From Antechinus flavipes (Eukaryota), in assembly GCF_016432865.1 (NCBI RefSeq), contig NC_067400.1, forward strand, positions 414,594,001-414,658,000: a stretch of 64,000 bases of DNA, written 5' to 3'. Below the pieces are notes generated by a model. The model made no database searches. It saw nothing but the letters and a program-made list of their open reading frames with translations, and was not told the DNA's origin. The translations under genes and the position numbers were made by a program. Every line of letters begins with the position of its first letter. Positions within the stretch are counted from its first letter, which is position 1. Positions 48,721 through 60,219 of the stretch are shown piece after piece.

Positions 48721-49889
48721 GACAGCAGCCTGTGAGGGGCTCCCCTTGGCGCCATGTATTTCCACTGGAAATTTTTTATTCGTCCGGTTAAATACAAGCT
48801 ATTGTTTCCGTTACAAAACATGCAAAACCGCTACTAGATAACTAAAACAAATTAAACTATTCTACTTAGGCAGCTGAGGTTATTCACAGATTTCAGAGCG
48901 TTACCACCCCGTTCTCAATGTATTTGAGGTTAACATTTAGGCAGCTGAGTAACACGTTGAAAAATCATTGGACCATTGGAACGAAGCTCCTACATTCCAT
49001 TAGATACTTTTCTTCCTCCCAGTTGGAGGAAAGAGAGTTTGAGAAGGTAAGGGAAAAGAAGGAGGCAAAGGGATAGAAGTGATTTTCTCCAGCCCTTTGG
49101 GCCCAACCCCTGCTAAGGCATAGGTGGTTTCTGTACAGTTCAGCAGAGGTGAACTGGGAAAGGACATGGGATGGGGTAAAGGTAACATCTGACTGTTCAT
49201 GTAGTTAGGGAAGAAAGCCTTTCTCTACAAAGAGAAAACGGGAGTTATTATAAAGAGCAAGAAATTTCCTACAAAGAAAAAGATCAGAGAGAGAGAGAAA
49301 GGGTTAGGGCCCAGAGTCAGGCTGCACTACTGGTTTGAGGCAAGTGGAATAGTGGGAATGGGAGACCCACTGAAAGAAAACTCAGCTTGGGCTTGATGGA
49401 ACCCAGGTTTCTTGGGACCTGTGAACAAGGAGGTAGGATGAGTGGGCAATGGGGATTTTGCTGGGGTCTAGTCAAAGTGTTCAGAGGTCTCATTTACATC
49501 TTCCTGGTTGGAGAGGCTTAATTTCTACATCTCCACTCAGTAACCCATTATAGTGACTTAAGAAAGAAAGGAGACACCTTTCCCCAATGTAACTGGAAAA
49601 CCATATTTGCAGTTAGAGCTGATACTCTTGGTATCCAAAGGAATGGAACAGAGGAGCAGCGCTCTAGAACAGAGCCCACAAATAGAAAGGGGCTGGACGA
49701 CTTTCCTTGACTTACAGGCCTGGGTTGCTTGAGATTCAGTGTAGAGGGATGGGAAGGGAAGAAGAATAGCTCTCTTGCCAACTGGGACTGGACATTGAAA
49801 CGAATTTTTCTAGCCCCAGGCCACAGGACTCTAGAAGAAAGTGGCTAATAACTTGCGGTTCATCAAGGTCTTACCCGCAAGCACACGAC

Positions 49890-49891
<2 letters not shown>

Positions 49892-49924
<33 letters not shown>
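49892..49924. repeat. (AC)n microsatellite
   Basis: About 16 units. Confidence 0.95.
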
Positions 49925-49925
<1 letters not shown>

Positions 49926-50749
49926 CTCAAGAGCTAGAAAAAGAATCTAAAGATTCCCTAAATATTTCAGGTATTTTGTTTGCTTCTTCCCACCCATCCC
50001 CCATCTACCCCGCCCTTGACTCTCTCTCTTGATCCCTCCCCCACCTCCCCTCGGACCCGCCTCTGTCCTGCAGCCCTTAGAAGACCGAGGGAGACTTTTG
50101 TGTTACTAACTGGGCTGGGTCGGACCCGAGGCGGCTGGGAAGAGAAGCTGGAGTTTCGAGGGCCGGGCCTTCTCTGCTCTAACAATTCAAATGTTCTGCT
50201 CACTCCCCTGCTTCTCCTTCAGCAGGGGTCTCAGGCTCTCGGGAAGGGTAGGATCTTACAAGGAACTCTTTCTCCGGAGAAAGGCTTTCCCGGTTGGTTT
50301 TCTTATGTTCAGTCGTGGCACCGTTTGCTGCCAGGTGGGAAAAAGGGAGGAGGGAGAGAACTGAATAACTCAAAAGCAGGTTCCTGGTAGAAATTCCCAA
50401 ACCCGTGATTTCGCCTGATCACGGTCCCCTTATTTTAGTGTCCACCTCCAATCGGAGGCTGACCATCTTTTCCCTCTCCATGTTCCTACCTCGAGTAGCC
50501 CTTCAGCATAACCATTTAGGGGTAAGATAAAGAGAGGAAAGGCCAAGCTTGGGCCAGGCCAAGACCCGTCCAATTTCTAGTAGTGGAGAATTGAACGTGA
50601 AACGTCCTTACAATCATTCGAGGAGGGGGGAGAGAAAGAGGTGAAATAAAAAATTCACTACCCTCTTCCTTCCCATATCCATCCCCACCCAACCTCTGAG
50701 CTGAAGTGCTCCCAGCCTGGGCCACGTCCATGGCGGGAGGCGGCCAGGG

Positions 50750-50988
50750 CTAGTAGAGAGTGAGAGCCTGTTCTCTCAGCACCACTCTTTTCTTCTTCAT
50801 CCGCCGGTTCTGGAACCAAATTTTGACCTGTTGATCACTCAGATTCAATCTGTTGGACAACTCCTTCCGCTTCTGACGATTGATGAACTCGTTGAGAAGG
50901 AATTCGTTTTCCAGTTCTGCGATCTGCTGCTTAGTGTAGGGCTTCCTTTTCTTGCGGGATCTCCCCTGGGCTGCCCCCCAGGGCAATC
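50750..50988 (-). CDS. HOXD12: HOXD12 exon 2 (homeodomain)
   Basis: Acceptor tgtgttgcag, then (G)[78 protein letters not shown]. Confidence 0.98.
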
Positions 50989-51277
50989 CTGCAACACAGT
51001 CCCCCAGCATAGCCCCGGGGCCATTGGTTATCACCTGAGGAGCCCTGGTTCCCCCATCTCCACCCCCGCAGCCTACACTGTATCTAAGCTGGTCCCAGTC
51101 CTACTTGATCTTCTTTCATCCTTCCTTCCCCATACCCTGACACTAATTATGTAATCGCCATTCATCTTTCTCTCCCCAGCCCAGTTTATGACCTAGATCC
51201 CAAGGCGCAAGGATAATCTGGGTACCCTGATCTATTAAGAAGAGAGGAAAATGGGGAGCGGATCCAAAACAATTTAC

Positions 51278-51842
51278 CGTCGGGTAGCGAAGGTCGAAGG
51301 CAGGAGGCTACGCTGGCCGTCTGCACTGTCACGTTCAAGTTGAGCGAGCCCTTGGCGTCGTCCTTGAAGCCAGCGGCACAGGGGTTCCCTTCCAAAAGAG
51401 CCGCTGACCCGTGTACGCTCCGCGCCATGCCTGAGTAGTCGTACTTGGCCGGCTTAAGGCCAACGCCCGGAGCCAGACTAGGTTCATTGGTGAAAGCTGG
51501 TCTGGGACGACTGCGTTCCTCCGGCCTCGAACCAGACTCGGAACCATAGTATTTGCTTTGATCTTCTGGGCCTTCCTTGCTGCCCGGAGGGTGAAGGTTG
51601 AGGGGTACAGAGCCAGGGAGGTAGGGCTGGGTATAACCACCAAAGGCAGCGTGGCCTGGGGGCTGAGCGGCGCAAGAGCTGGCCGCGGACCAGGGTAGAG
51701 AGCCTCGGGGGTAGGAAATGGGGGGCAGAGCCGCCAACTGGCTGCCATTCGCCCGAAGGTTGGAAAAATAGAAGGAATCCGGCGATTGCAAATTCAGAAG
51801 AGACCCCACATACCCGGATCTGTAGAGACTGCGATCGCACAT
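51278..51842 (-). CDS. HOXD12: HOXD12 exon 1 (spliced protein 267 aa)
   Basis: [30 protein letters not shown]...SCLRPSLPD; donor G|GTAAAT; 565 nt, phase 1. Confidence 0.97.
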
Positions 51843-54643
51843 CTCCAACAAAGGACTTCAGCTGGTCTTACAGCAGTATTTAGTTACAACAGGGAATAAG
51901 AGGACAGGCTCAAACGATTGGACGAAACTTTGCGTTACAGGTTCTTCAAAGCCGGTCATTTCAGCACCGCCTACATCCCCCTGACCCTATTTTTTTAAAA
52001 AGAGTATTATGATAACACTTGGAATATTAGATATTTCTAATACTTCTGAGGCAGGAAAAAAGGACATGAGGTTTTCAGAGGTAGAAAGGGAGGGTTCTGA
52101 GAGTCTCCTCTGGGTCTCGAGAACCCAAGATTGGGGTGTAAAAAAGCGAGCCCAACCATTTGCCCAACTTTCCATGAGGCACTTTCATTGGGCTCTCTGA
52201 TTGGCGTTATTTTCTCTTCATCCCAGTCTTGTTACTTTGAGCCTGGATTTCTTTTCATTACTTTCTCATACTTTTTCCTTTCCTGCTCTGTTAAAAAGTG
52301 TCACAGGACCCTGATCCACAAACCATTATTTGTGGCATCAAAATGTGCTGGACTGAGCTAATCGCCTTACTTTAAAAGTCACCATCTGCACTTTTTTTTT
52401 TTCCAGAGATTCTGGGAAAGATCGATCTGGTCCATTTTCCTTTTCATTATCTAATGCTAGGCAGCATAAAGTTAATTAATTTAAAGGCCCAAACGATCGT
52501 CCTCTACCCAGGATCATTAGTCTGACCAAAGTTTACAGCACATAGTTAACGATGCTTTTTAATGTTGGAAATAGGAACTTGCATTCCTCTATTTGAGGAT
52601 TTCTTTACTAAACTGGGATTCTAGGAATATTTGAAGCTTTCCCACTGTGGTTGGAAATATCTCTGTTACCCCAGCCTCGGAAGTAAATTCTCATCATTAT
52701 AACTACACAAACTCCAGGAACTCCTTTGGATTTCAGAGGGGGAAAGTGACTCTCAGGTAGGTCAAATTTAAAAACAGAACCAGAGAATCAAGTCCTCCAA
52801 AGCTAAAAACTCCAGGGTAGTTTGCACAGATGACTGATGGATTTGCTAATTGCTCCAAACGGCTTCATTTCCACCTTCTGCTCTGGGCCTTCCTCTCATC
52901 TTGGCAGGGCTGGAATTGAAAGCTAAGGAAACTATGAGATTGGGTGGTCTTTAGCTTGCAATGGAAGATCTCCTGAAGCCAGAATCTTCAGGGATGAGTC
53001 CTCTTGCTTGAAGGTTTGGGATGAATGAGATTCGGAGAGCTCTAGAAATAAGAGAGACTGGGGATGACCAAATCCATGGGAAGCATCCAGGAGTGGAATA
53101 CTCCAGGCAGCGGCATAGTTCAAGCTAAGGGACAGGGATTGCATCTTGCTTGGGTTGATGGAGAATCGAGGTGATCAGAATGGGTATCCGGACAGGCGTT
53201 TAGAGAAGGTGGCTGGAGGGTAAGAAGTCAGTCCAAAGGAAACGGAGCCCCGTAGTATCGTGGGAAGAAAGGCAGTGAACTGAGGAAATTCAATTTCAAT
53301 ATGTTCTTTCAGCGATACAAGGTAGTTGACTTTGCATGACATGGAGTTCGATCTGCAAAACCAAAAGGTGCATCTAGTGCTTGGGGTTGGAGTATACATT
53401 CTTTTGTAAACAAATGGCAGATTTGGAAATGCCCCCAGTTGGACCAACATGCTAGTAGGGACTAATTTCCCCAAATAATGCCCCCATGTGTCCCTGTTTG
53501 GGGCCAGGAAGGAATAGACAGGACCCAGCAAGTCAGAAGGAGATCTATTCTAGCAGGAAGAGGAATCTCCTTATTACAAAAATACCCCCATCCCACCTTC
53601 CTTTTCAGCTTCCAAGGGCTCAGCTCAGAAGCTGGTGCAGTCCCGACAGCTTTCTCCTGGACCTCCTCTCCAGGCACAGCTTCATCAGGAAGCAACCTTG
53701 AAATGGTTAAAAGCTCCAGATGAAAGGCAAAGACCACACAGGAGTTGCTGGAGGGCACGGTTGACCACTGTTCAGCTCGTTTATTGTTTATTATGTCGAC
53801 CAATTGGGCAGCTCTTGGGAACTTACTGGTTTCCTCAGTCTCCAGGGCCTGGGTGATGCCTGGCCTAAAATGTCCAGGAACGCCTTTTAGATCTTTGCAA
53901 CTAACATTTCCCTTCCTCATTTTGCCTTTCTTCATCTCCCACGGTGAGGGAGCAGGAGCCTTAGCTCAGCCATGTTTTGCATGTTTTGATATGAAATGGC
54001 TTGGAAACTCTTCTTATTCAGAGAAAGGACATCCTTCCAACTTGCTCTTTTAGCCTCAGCTTGATAATACGGACTGTGGAGCCTGGAAGGGAAGGATAGT
54101 CAGGATTTCTTTACAGGCCTTGAGCCCATGTCCTCATAATGAACAGGCCAGCCTCAGCTGCCAAACCAAGTCCTGGCTTAGGTGTATGTTTGTACAGAGC
54201 TTCAGGCCTGCTCCCACGAAGTTTGGGATTAGAGAAGTTTGATTATAACTTTATGAAATATGTGTAAGAGTTTAGCTCCCTAAAAGATAATGTTTGAAAA
54301 TTATTTTTTGCAAGAAAATGAAATTAGAAGCAAATTTACAGATTTAGGAAAAAAATGACTTTATAGCTACGGAAACTTCTTTATGAGATCGGCAAATAAT
54401 CCTTTCCCCCTCACTCCCGGTCCCCCTCAATCCTCGTCTGTGTTTATTTTTCGTTCGAGTTTATTTTAAAATAATTTTTGCAGGTAGAAAATAACGTTTC
54501 TTTCTTCCCAGAAAAGAGGAGATTGCGTAGGTCCCGGGGTGGGCTGGGGAATAGGGATAAAACCGAGTTACACTACAGTGAGTCTTTGGCAAGAGAATTG
54601 TATTGCTGAACTGAACTCCTTTCCAGTCAATGCCTTCTATTGT

Positions 54644-54657
54644 CCAGGAGGTGGCAG
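54644..54657 (+). promoter_or_regulatory. CTCF site between HOXD13 and HOXD12
   Basis: Plus strand CCAGGAGGTGGCAG, 13/14 match to core consensus. Confidence 0.7.
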
Positions 54658-55009
54658 AATAGCTCTATCTCATTGCGCAGTCGAGAGGTTTAGCAAAGAG
54701 CCGGTCAAGATCAATGGTAAAGGGCAACGCAGCTGTCTCACTGTCGGAGACGCAACTCGGCCCTAAGCTTTAGGGTCTACCATTGCATTGCTGAAAGGAG
54801 CAAGGGGAGGGGGGGAAGGTACTGGAGCTAGGAAGGAAAGCTCTACGCTGGCTAGAGGAGCCCGAAGTTAGTTAGGAAGGTGGTAGATAACCTATTAATA
54901 GCCAGAAGGTTATAGAAGCAGAAATTCAGAGTTTTTTGAAATCCTTTCTGAAGCTGGTTGTCCCTGTAACAGTCATATATATTAATTATTAGGTCCATAT
55001 GTATAAAAT

Positions 55010-55013
<4 letters not shown>

Positions 55014-55076
<63 letters not shown>
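55014..55076. repeat. (TC)n microsatellite, about 31 units
   Basis: Pure run followed by degenerate CT-rich sequence. Confidence 0.95.
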
Positions 55077-55079
<3 letters not shown>

Positions 55080-56825
55080 CTCCCCCCCATCTCTATCCCT
55101 GTCTCTGAATCTCTCTCTGTCTCTGTCTTTCTCTCTTCCTCTGTAGCTTCACAAACTCAATTTCCCTTTCCTCCTCCCATTGTAATTCAGGGTATAAGAG
55201 AAAAGCATATAAATAGCAAACACTTCATCTGCTATTGATTTAGACGTCAATTCAAATTTCACTTTAGGAGTTTTGAAGGCACTTTTAATCTCAGACAAGC
55301 CTGCAATTCAATGTCAGGCTAAAGTAAACTGAGATGCAAACTAAATATCTTGAATAGAAGTGAAACTGAAACCTAAAGCTAGGCCAAAAACTCTGGGAAG
55401 TAGGGAAAAAAACGAAATAGCATTTTTTTTTTTTAAAAAGGATATGTGCTATGAACACTGTAGTTTAAAGATGAAGAACAAGTTGGATTGAGGATAAGAA
55501 AAAACAAAATGATGTTAAGATGAAAACACATTCCCTCAGTGGAAAATACCAGAAAAATGTCTTTGAAGTTTCAATCAATGGCCTCTCTCATTGGAAGGAT
55601 TGGATCTAGAACAGCCTTGCTCAAAAGCCAACAGTGTTTACCCAATACTGTTTACATATCTGTATGTATTTATATTTATATGAATGTATTTTTTCCAAGG
55701 ACTCAATGTTTGACAAAAGAGATAATTAAGCTGTCTGCCTCCCATTTGTTTGAAATCAAGAGAATGAAATGAGGGAAGCAGTCAAAAAGAAAATGAAAGT
55801 AATTTGTTTTTCATGGGCACTTTGCAGTGTTTTGTTCTTGGGGGGGGACCTTAAAAATCATGTGTAATTAAAATAAATAAGGAAACCAATTGATTTTGTG
55901 TCTGGTGCTTAATAGCTAAAGGGCATCAAGTTATTCCTAGGCTGTTTCCCTGAATAATTAATTACTCTTTGGCTTAGAAGAGAAAGTTGTGTTAATGCCC
56001 AAAAACTGAATGTCTTTCTTGGGTAGTGAATTATGATTTCAAACTTCATTGGCCATTTGTAGGCAGAAATTGACCTTCTATATTTGCAGTCAAGTATAAT
56101 TCCCTCAATTTTGAGGGATATATAAATATTGTCTTTCCAAAGTAGGGATATTTTAAAAGTCTTGAATATTCATACCCACCTTTCTGTCCAAATTAACGGT
56201 CAGAGAATGTTTTTATTTCCAGATAAAATCTCTATTTGATGAAAATAAATACAATCTGAGGTCATGGTTATGATTGAAATAGAAGAAAATTTTTATTGGA
56301 GATGTTTTTGAGCTGGTTTTTTTTTCTTTTCTTTTTCTTTCTTTCTTTTTTTAAAAAGAATGTCATTATTAAAAGCAAGGTAAGTTTGTCTGGTATTTCA
56401 AACATTACTTAAAGTTAAAGCTGAAGGGGGGGTGGGGGTAGGGGGGTATGAGAAGGAAAGGGAAGGGTAGCAAAAATGAAGAGGAAAGAAGAAAACACAG
56501 TAATTGATGTGATTCTTCGCTCCTTACACTGATGATCAACATGTTCAGAGAAATAGGCCATTAAAATAAATATGCATAGTTTGAAAGACAACATGGTTTT
56601 ATAATAAATTGCAGATTTTATAGAGTAAAAATTTATAGAAAGTAATGTTTTTTTTTTTGTTTTGTTTTTTGTTTTTTTGGTTTGTTTATTTGTGAAGTTT
56701 CTCCCTAGGAGTAAACCAATTACAATGTGTCTGAAGTACTGCATTGGTATCACAGATTATAATTGTTGTTACTTAAAAAAATAATCTCTCAGCTATATAA
56801 ATTATGCGATCTTTAAAATTCATTA

Positions 56826-56857
56826 TTTATTGTTACTTTTCTTAACACCCATTTATT
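56826..56857 (-). terminator. Candidate tandem HOXD13 polyadenylation signals (AATAAA at 56852-56857 and 56826-56831)
   Basis: Two tttatt on the plus strand about 1.1 kb after the stop. Confidence 0.4.
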
Positions 56858-57959
56858 CTTGGAAGTTAAAGAGTTTGGGGTTTGTTTGTTTGTTTTTTTC
56901 CTTCTCCATTTTGTTAGAAGCTTTGAACCTGTGAGAGGAGGAAAACGTTTGTTCAAACAGCCTTGTTAATATGAGGGTGTATGATACTTCAGATAAAAAT
57001 ACAAGTATATACACACTTATTATACATATTATCCGGCATGTCCTATATCCGAATGATGGTTAAAATGCCTGCATCTATATCAACTGAATCAATCTTAACT
57101 ATTTGGAAGGAATAACCGTAGTGAATATTAGCAAGATATAAAATCTAGAAACTTCAGCCCTTTAAATCACTGTACCTGATTCAGAAGAAACAAAGGCCTT
57201 TGTAAAGATACACTACCTATTTTAAGTTAAAAATCACGGAATTAAGGATCTACTAAGTTTGTTGAAGCTGTATAGTAAAAATTGTCAATTAGCAGTAAGA
57301 TCTGAAATCAGATGTTCTTATTGCTAATATTGGTCCAAGTCTTATTTTTAAAGAAGTGATTTAAAAACAAGGACTGCACCTTCAATTCCCAATTTTTAGA
57401 CTTTCACATTTAAAATATAAAAGTCTCCTCTGGGCAGAGTTTTTGCTTGCTTAGTAGTGTCCATTGACTTTCAATGATTTCATAAGCCAATGATGGGTCA
57501 TGAATGATTTGAAATCATTTGACCATAATGGTTTATGAAAACAAGCATAGGGACAAATGCTAGCACCAGATTTCAAGTGATAAAAAATGACAACAACAAC
57601 TGAAATTAGAGTAGTGTATCCGAAATTCATTATGGGAATTGTTAAAAAATATTCAGTCCTTTATACTGGCCTGGAAGGAGAAACAGAACATTAAAAATAA
57701 TAATAAACAAAACAAAAACCAACGGGAGCAATAATAACCAATAAGAAGAAGAATTACAAAGTCAAGTTGGGCAGCATTATGCTTTAGAGCCAAAATGCGG
57801 TGAGGGACGAAAAACAATTCACAAAATTTCGCCGCCGCTGGCAGTAAAGGGGTGGGGGCAGAAGGAGAAATTAAATATATGTTCAAGTCTTTCCAAAAGT
57901 TTCTGGGAGGAAGATAACATAAAGCTTGTGAATTTAACGTATTTGTCCTCGGCTCGGGA

Positions 57960-58238
<279 letters not shown>

Positions 58239-59089
58239 TTAGACTTTTATTACAGGCGTTTAAATCTCAAATGAGTAAGTGCAAGAGTTCTACTTTTCAT
58301 GGGGGGGAAGGGGGAATGAGAAAATAAAAAAGTCCAGTTGTTTTCATATAATTATTTACACGTGATTAAAGAAAGATTATTTGCACTTCAAAGTGAAGGC
58401 TAATTTGATGGATGCTATTATTTCCCAAACCGGCATCTTAACAAGCCTGCAATTTTACGGTGCAAAATTTACGGTTTTTGCTTGTTTAAGAAGTTTTCAT
58501 ATGGACAATTTCTGTATGGATTCTTATATCATATGGACACACACAAATGCACATCTTAATATTCTCATATGTTGATTTCCTGGTATTACATTGTGTGGGA
58601 ATGTAAGTGTATTATATGTGCTCTGATTACAAAACAGTATTGAAGCTACTGTGAGGGGGATAATTATTATTCTGAAAAGTTCTAGCAAAATCTTTTTACT
58701 CGTCTTTTAAGACAATCGATACAACTTACAGAACAGGAGAAACCAATCCTTTCCCCACCGTCACTTAGTGACCCCAGTTTGTAAATATACAAAAATACAG
58801 AAGCAGAGAGAGAGAGGAAGGAAAGGAGAACAGAGAAAGGAAGAGAGGGAGGGAGGGAGATAGACAGAGACAGAGAAACAGAGAATATGAAAAGTAAGAC
58901 TGCAGATCCATAAGCATTAGTTCGGAGTTAAAATTACGGAAGATCTGACACAAACCATACCAACTCTATGCTTCCTTTTAAAAAATAATTTATCAACTTG
59001 CATTATCTCTTTACGTTGAAATTAGGGTAGGGTGGGGTGGGAGGAGCGGGAATGTCAGAACAATTAAAAATTATATATATAGTTATCGA

Positions 59090-59094
<5 letters not shown>

Positions 59095-59144
<50 letters not shown>
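59095..59144. repeat. (CT)25, i.e. (GA)25 on the sense strand, abutting the HOXD13 splice donor
   Basis: Sense strand CCAG|GTGAGAGAGAGA... Confidence 0.95.
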
Positions 59145-59147
<3 letters not shown>

Positions 59148-59148
<1 letters not shown>

Positions 59149-59922
59149 TGGAAAGGAAGATTTCCAAAAATGTGAGCTCTGGGACTGGTCTTTAGCACAG
59201 TAAACCTGACTGTTCCAGCCATTCGCCAGAGTCCAGGACTGGTAACCTTCCATGGATATGTACGTTTCATGTCTCGGTTCCCCTGAACCAAAGGTGGAGA
59301 CCATGTCTATATACCCGGGGACGTGCTGGTAAGGATTGGTGTAGCCCTGGTAAAAGGACACTTCTTTAGCCCGGGAGGGGACCTCGTTGGCCGGGACACT
59401 GGTGCTGGCCAGGCTGGAGACGTCCATGTATTTTTCCACGGGAAAGCCCCCCAAAGAGGCGTGTGGGGAGGACTTGAGTGCGTTCTGTTGGATCCCCACG
59501 CCGTGGGACATGCGGCAGCTGTAGTATCCATTGCCAAAATGATAGCCATAGCCCAGTGTCGGGGCGGCCGGGGGCGCTGCAGCTGGAGTCGGAGCCGGAG
59601 TGGAGCCGGGACAATCCTTGGTAGAGGGTGCTTCGGGACGCGCTGCAGCCGCCGCCGCCGCCACTGCGGACGACGAGGAGGAAGAGGATGAGCCGGAGCG
59701 TTCTGCAGCTCCGGGATAGGAGAAACCAGAAGCTGCTGCTGCGGCTGCGGCCGCAGCCGCAGCCGCAGCCGCTGCCCGGCCAGAGTGTGCGCCGAACACT
59801 GGCGAAGGAAGGAAGCCACGGCACTGCCCCGCAGTGGCGGCCGCGGAGGAGGGGGCGCCCCCACTGGCTGCGCCGCCGTCAGCTCGCAGGCCGTCCATGT
59901 CCCAGCTCAAGGCCCGGCTCAT
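59148..59922 (-). CDS. HOXD13: HOXD13 exon 1 (spliced protein 341 aa)
   Basis: [17 protein letters not shown]...HSGR-A15-SGF...[17 protein letters not shown]...HFWKSSFP; donor G|GTGAGA; 775 nt, phase 1. Confidence 0.98.
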
Positions 59923-60197
59923 GGCCCGGCCCGGCCCGGCCCCGGCCCGGCCCTCGTGCTGGACACCATAGCTCGATGAACGGCTTTCCGCCTCCCCTCC
60001 CTCCCACTCTCTTTGGCTCCCGCCCTCTTTCTCTCGCTCTCTCTTCCCCTCTCTCGTGCCTCCCTCCCTCCCGCCCTCCCTCCAACAGGTTAGCTCATTG
60101 CGGAACGTTTATAAAAACGAAGTTCAGGTTGGGAGGGGGCCTGGGCTGCGGTTGGGGGCCGGCTCCGGAGTAGAGTGCGTCTACCAAAGGTTGAGCC

Positions 60198-60219
60198 ATT
60201 GGCTGCTCCAAGACACGTG
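60198..60219 (-). promoter_or_regulatory. HOXD13 promoter E-box plus CCAAT
   Basis: Minus strand CACGTG-n11-CCAAT about 280-300 bp upstream of the ATG. Confidence 0.55.

Noticed and set aside
51858-51959. 33-codon uORF ending 15 nt before the HOXD12 ATG
   Set aside because: A CCAAT at 51917-51921 suggests the TSS is downstream of the uATG, so it is probably not in the mRNA
57498-57525. SECIS-like ATGA...AAA...GA inside the HOXD13 UTR hairpin
   Set aside because: Upper helix too short, antisense strand, and no in-frame UGA in HOXD13
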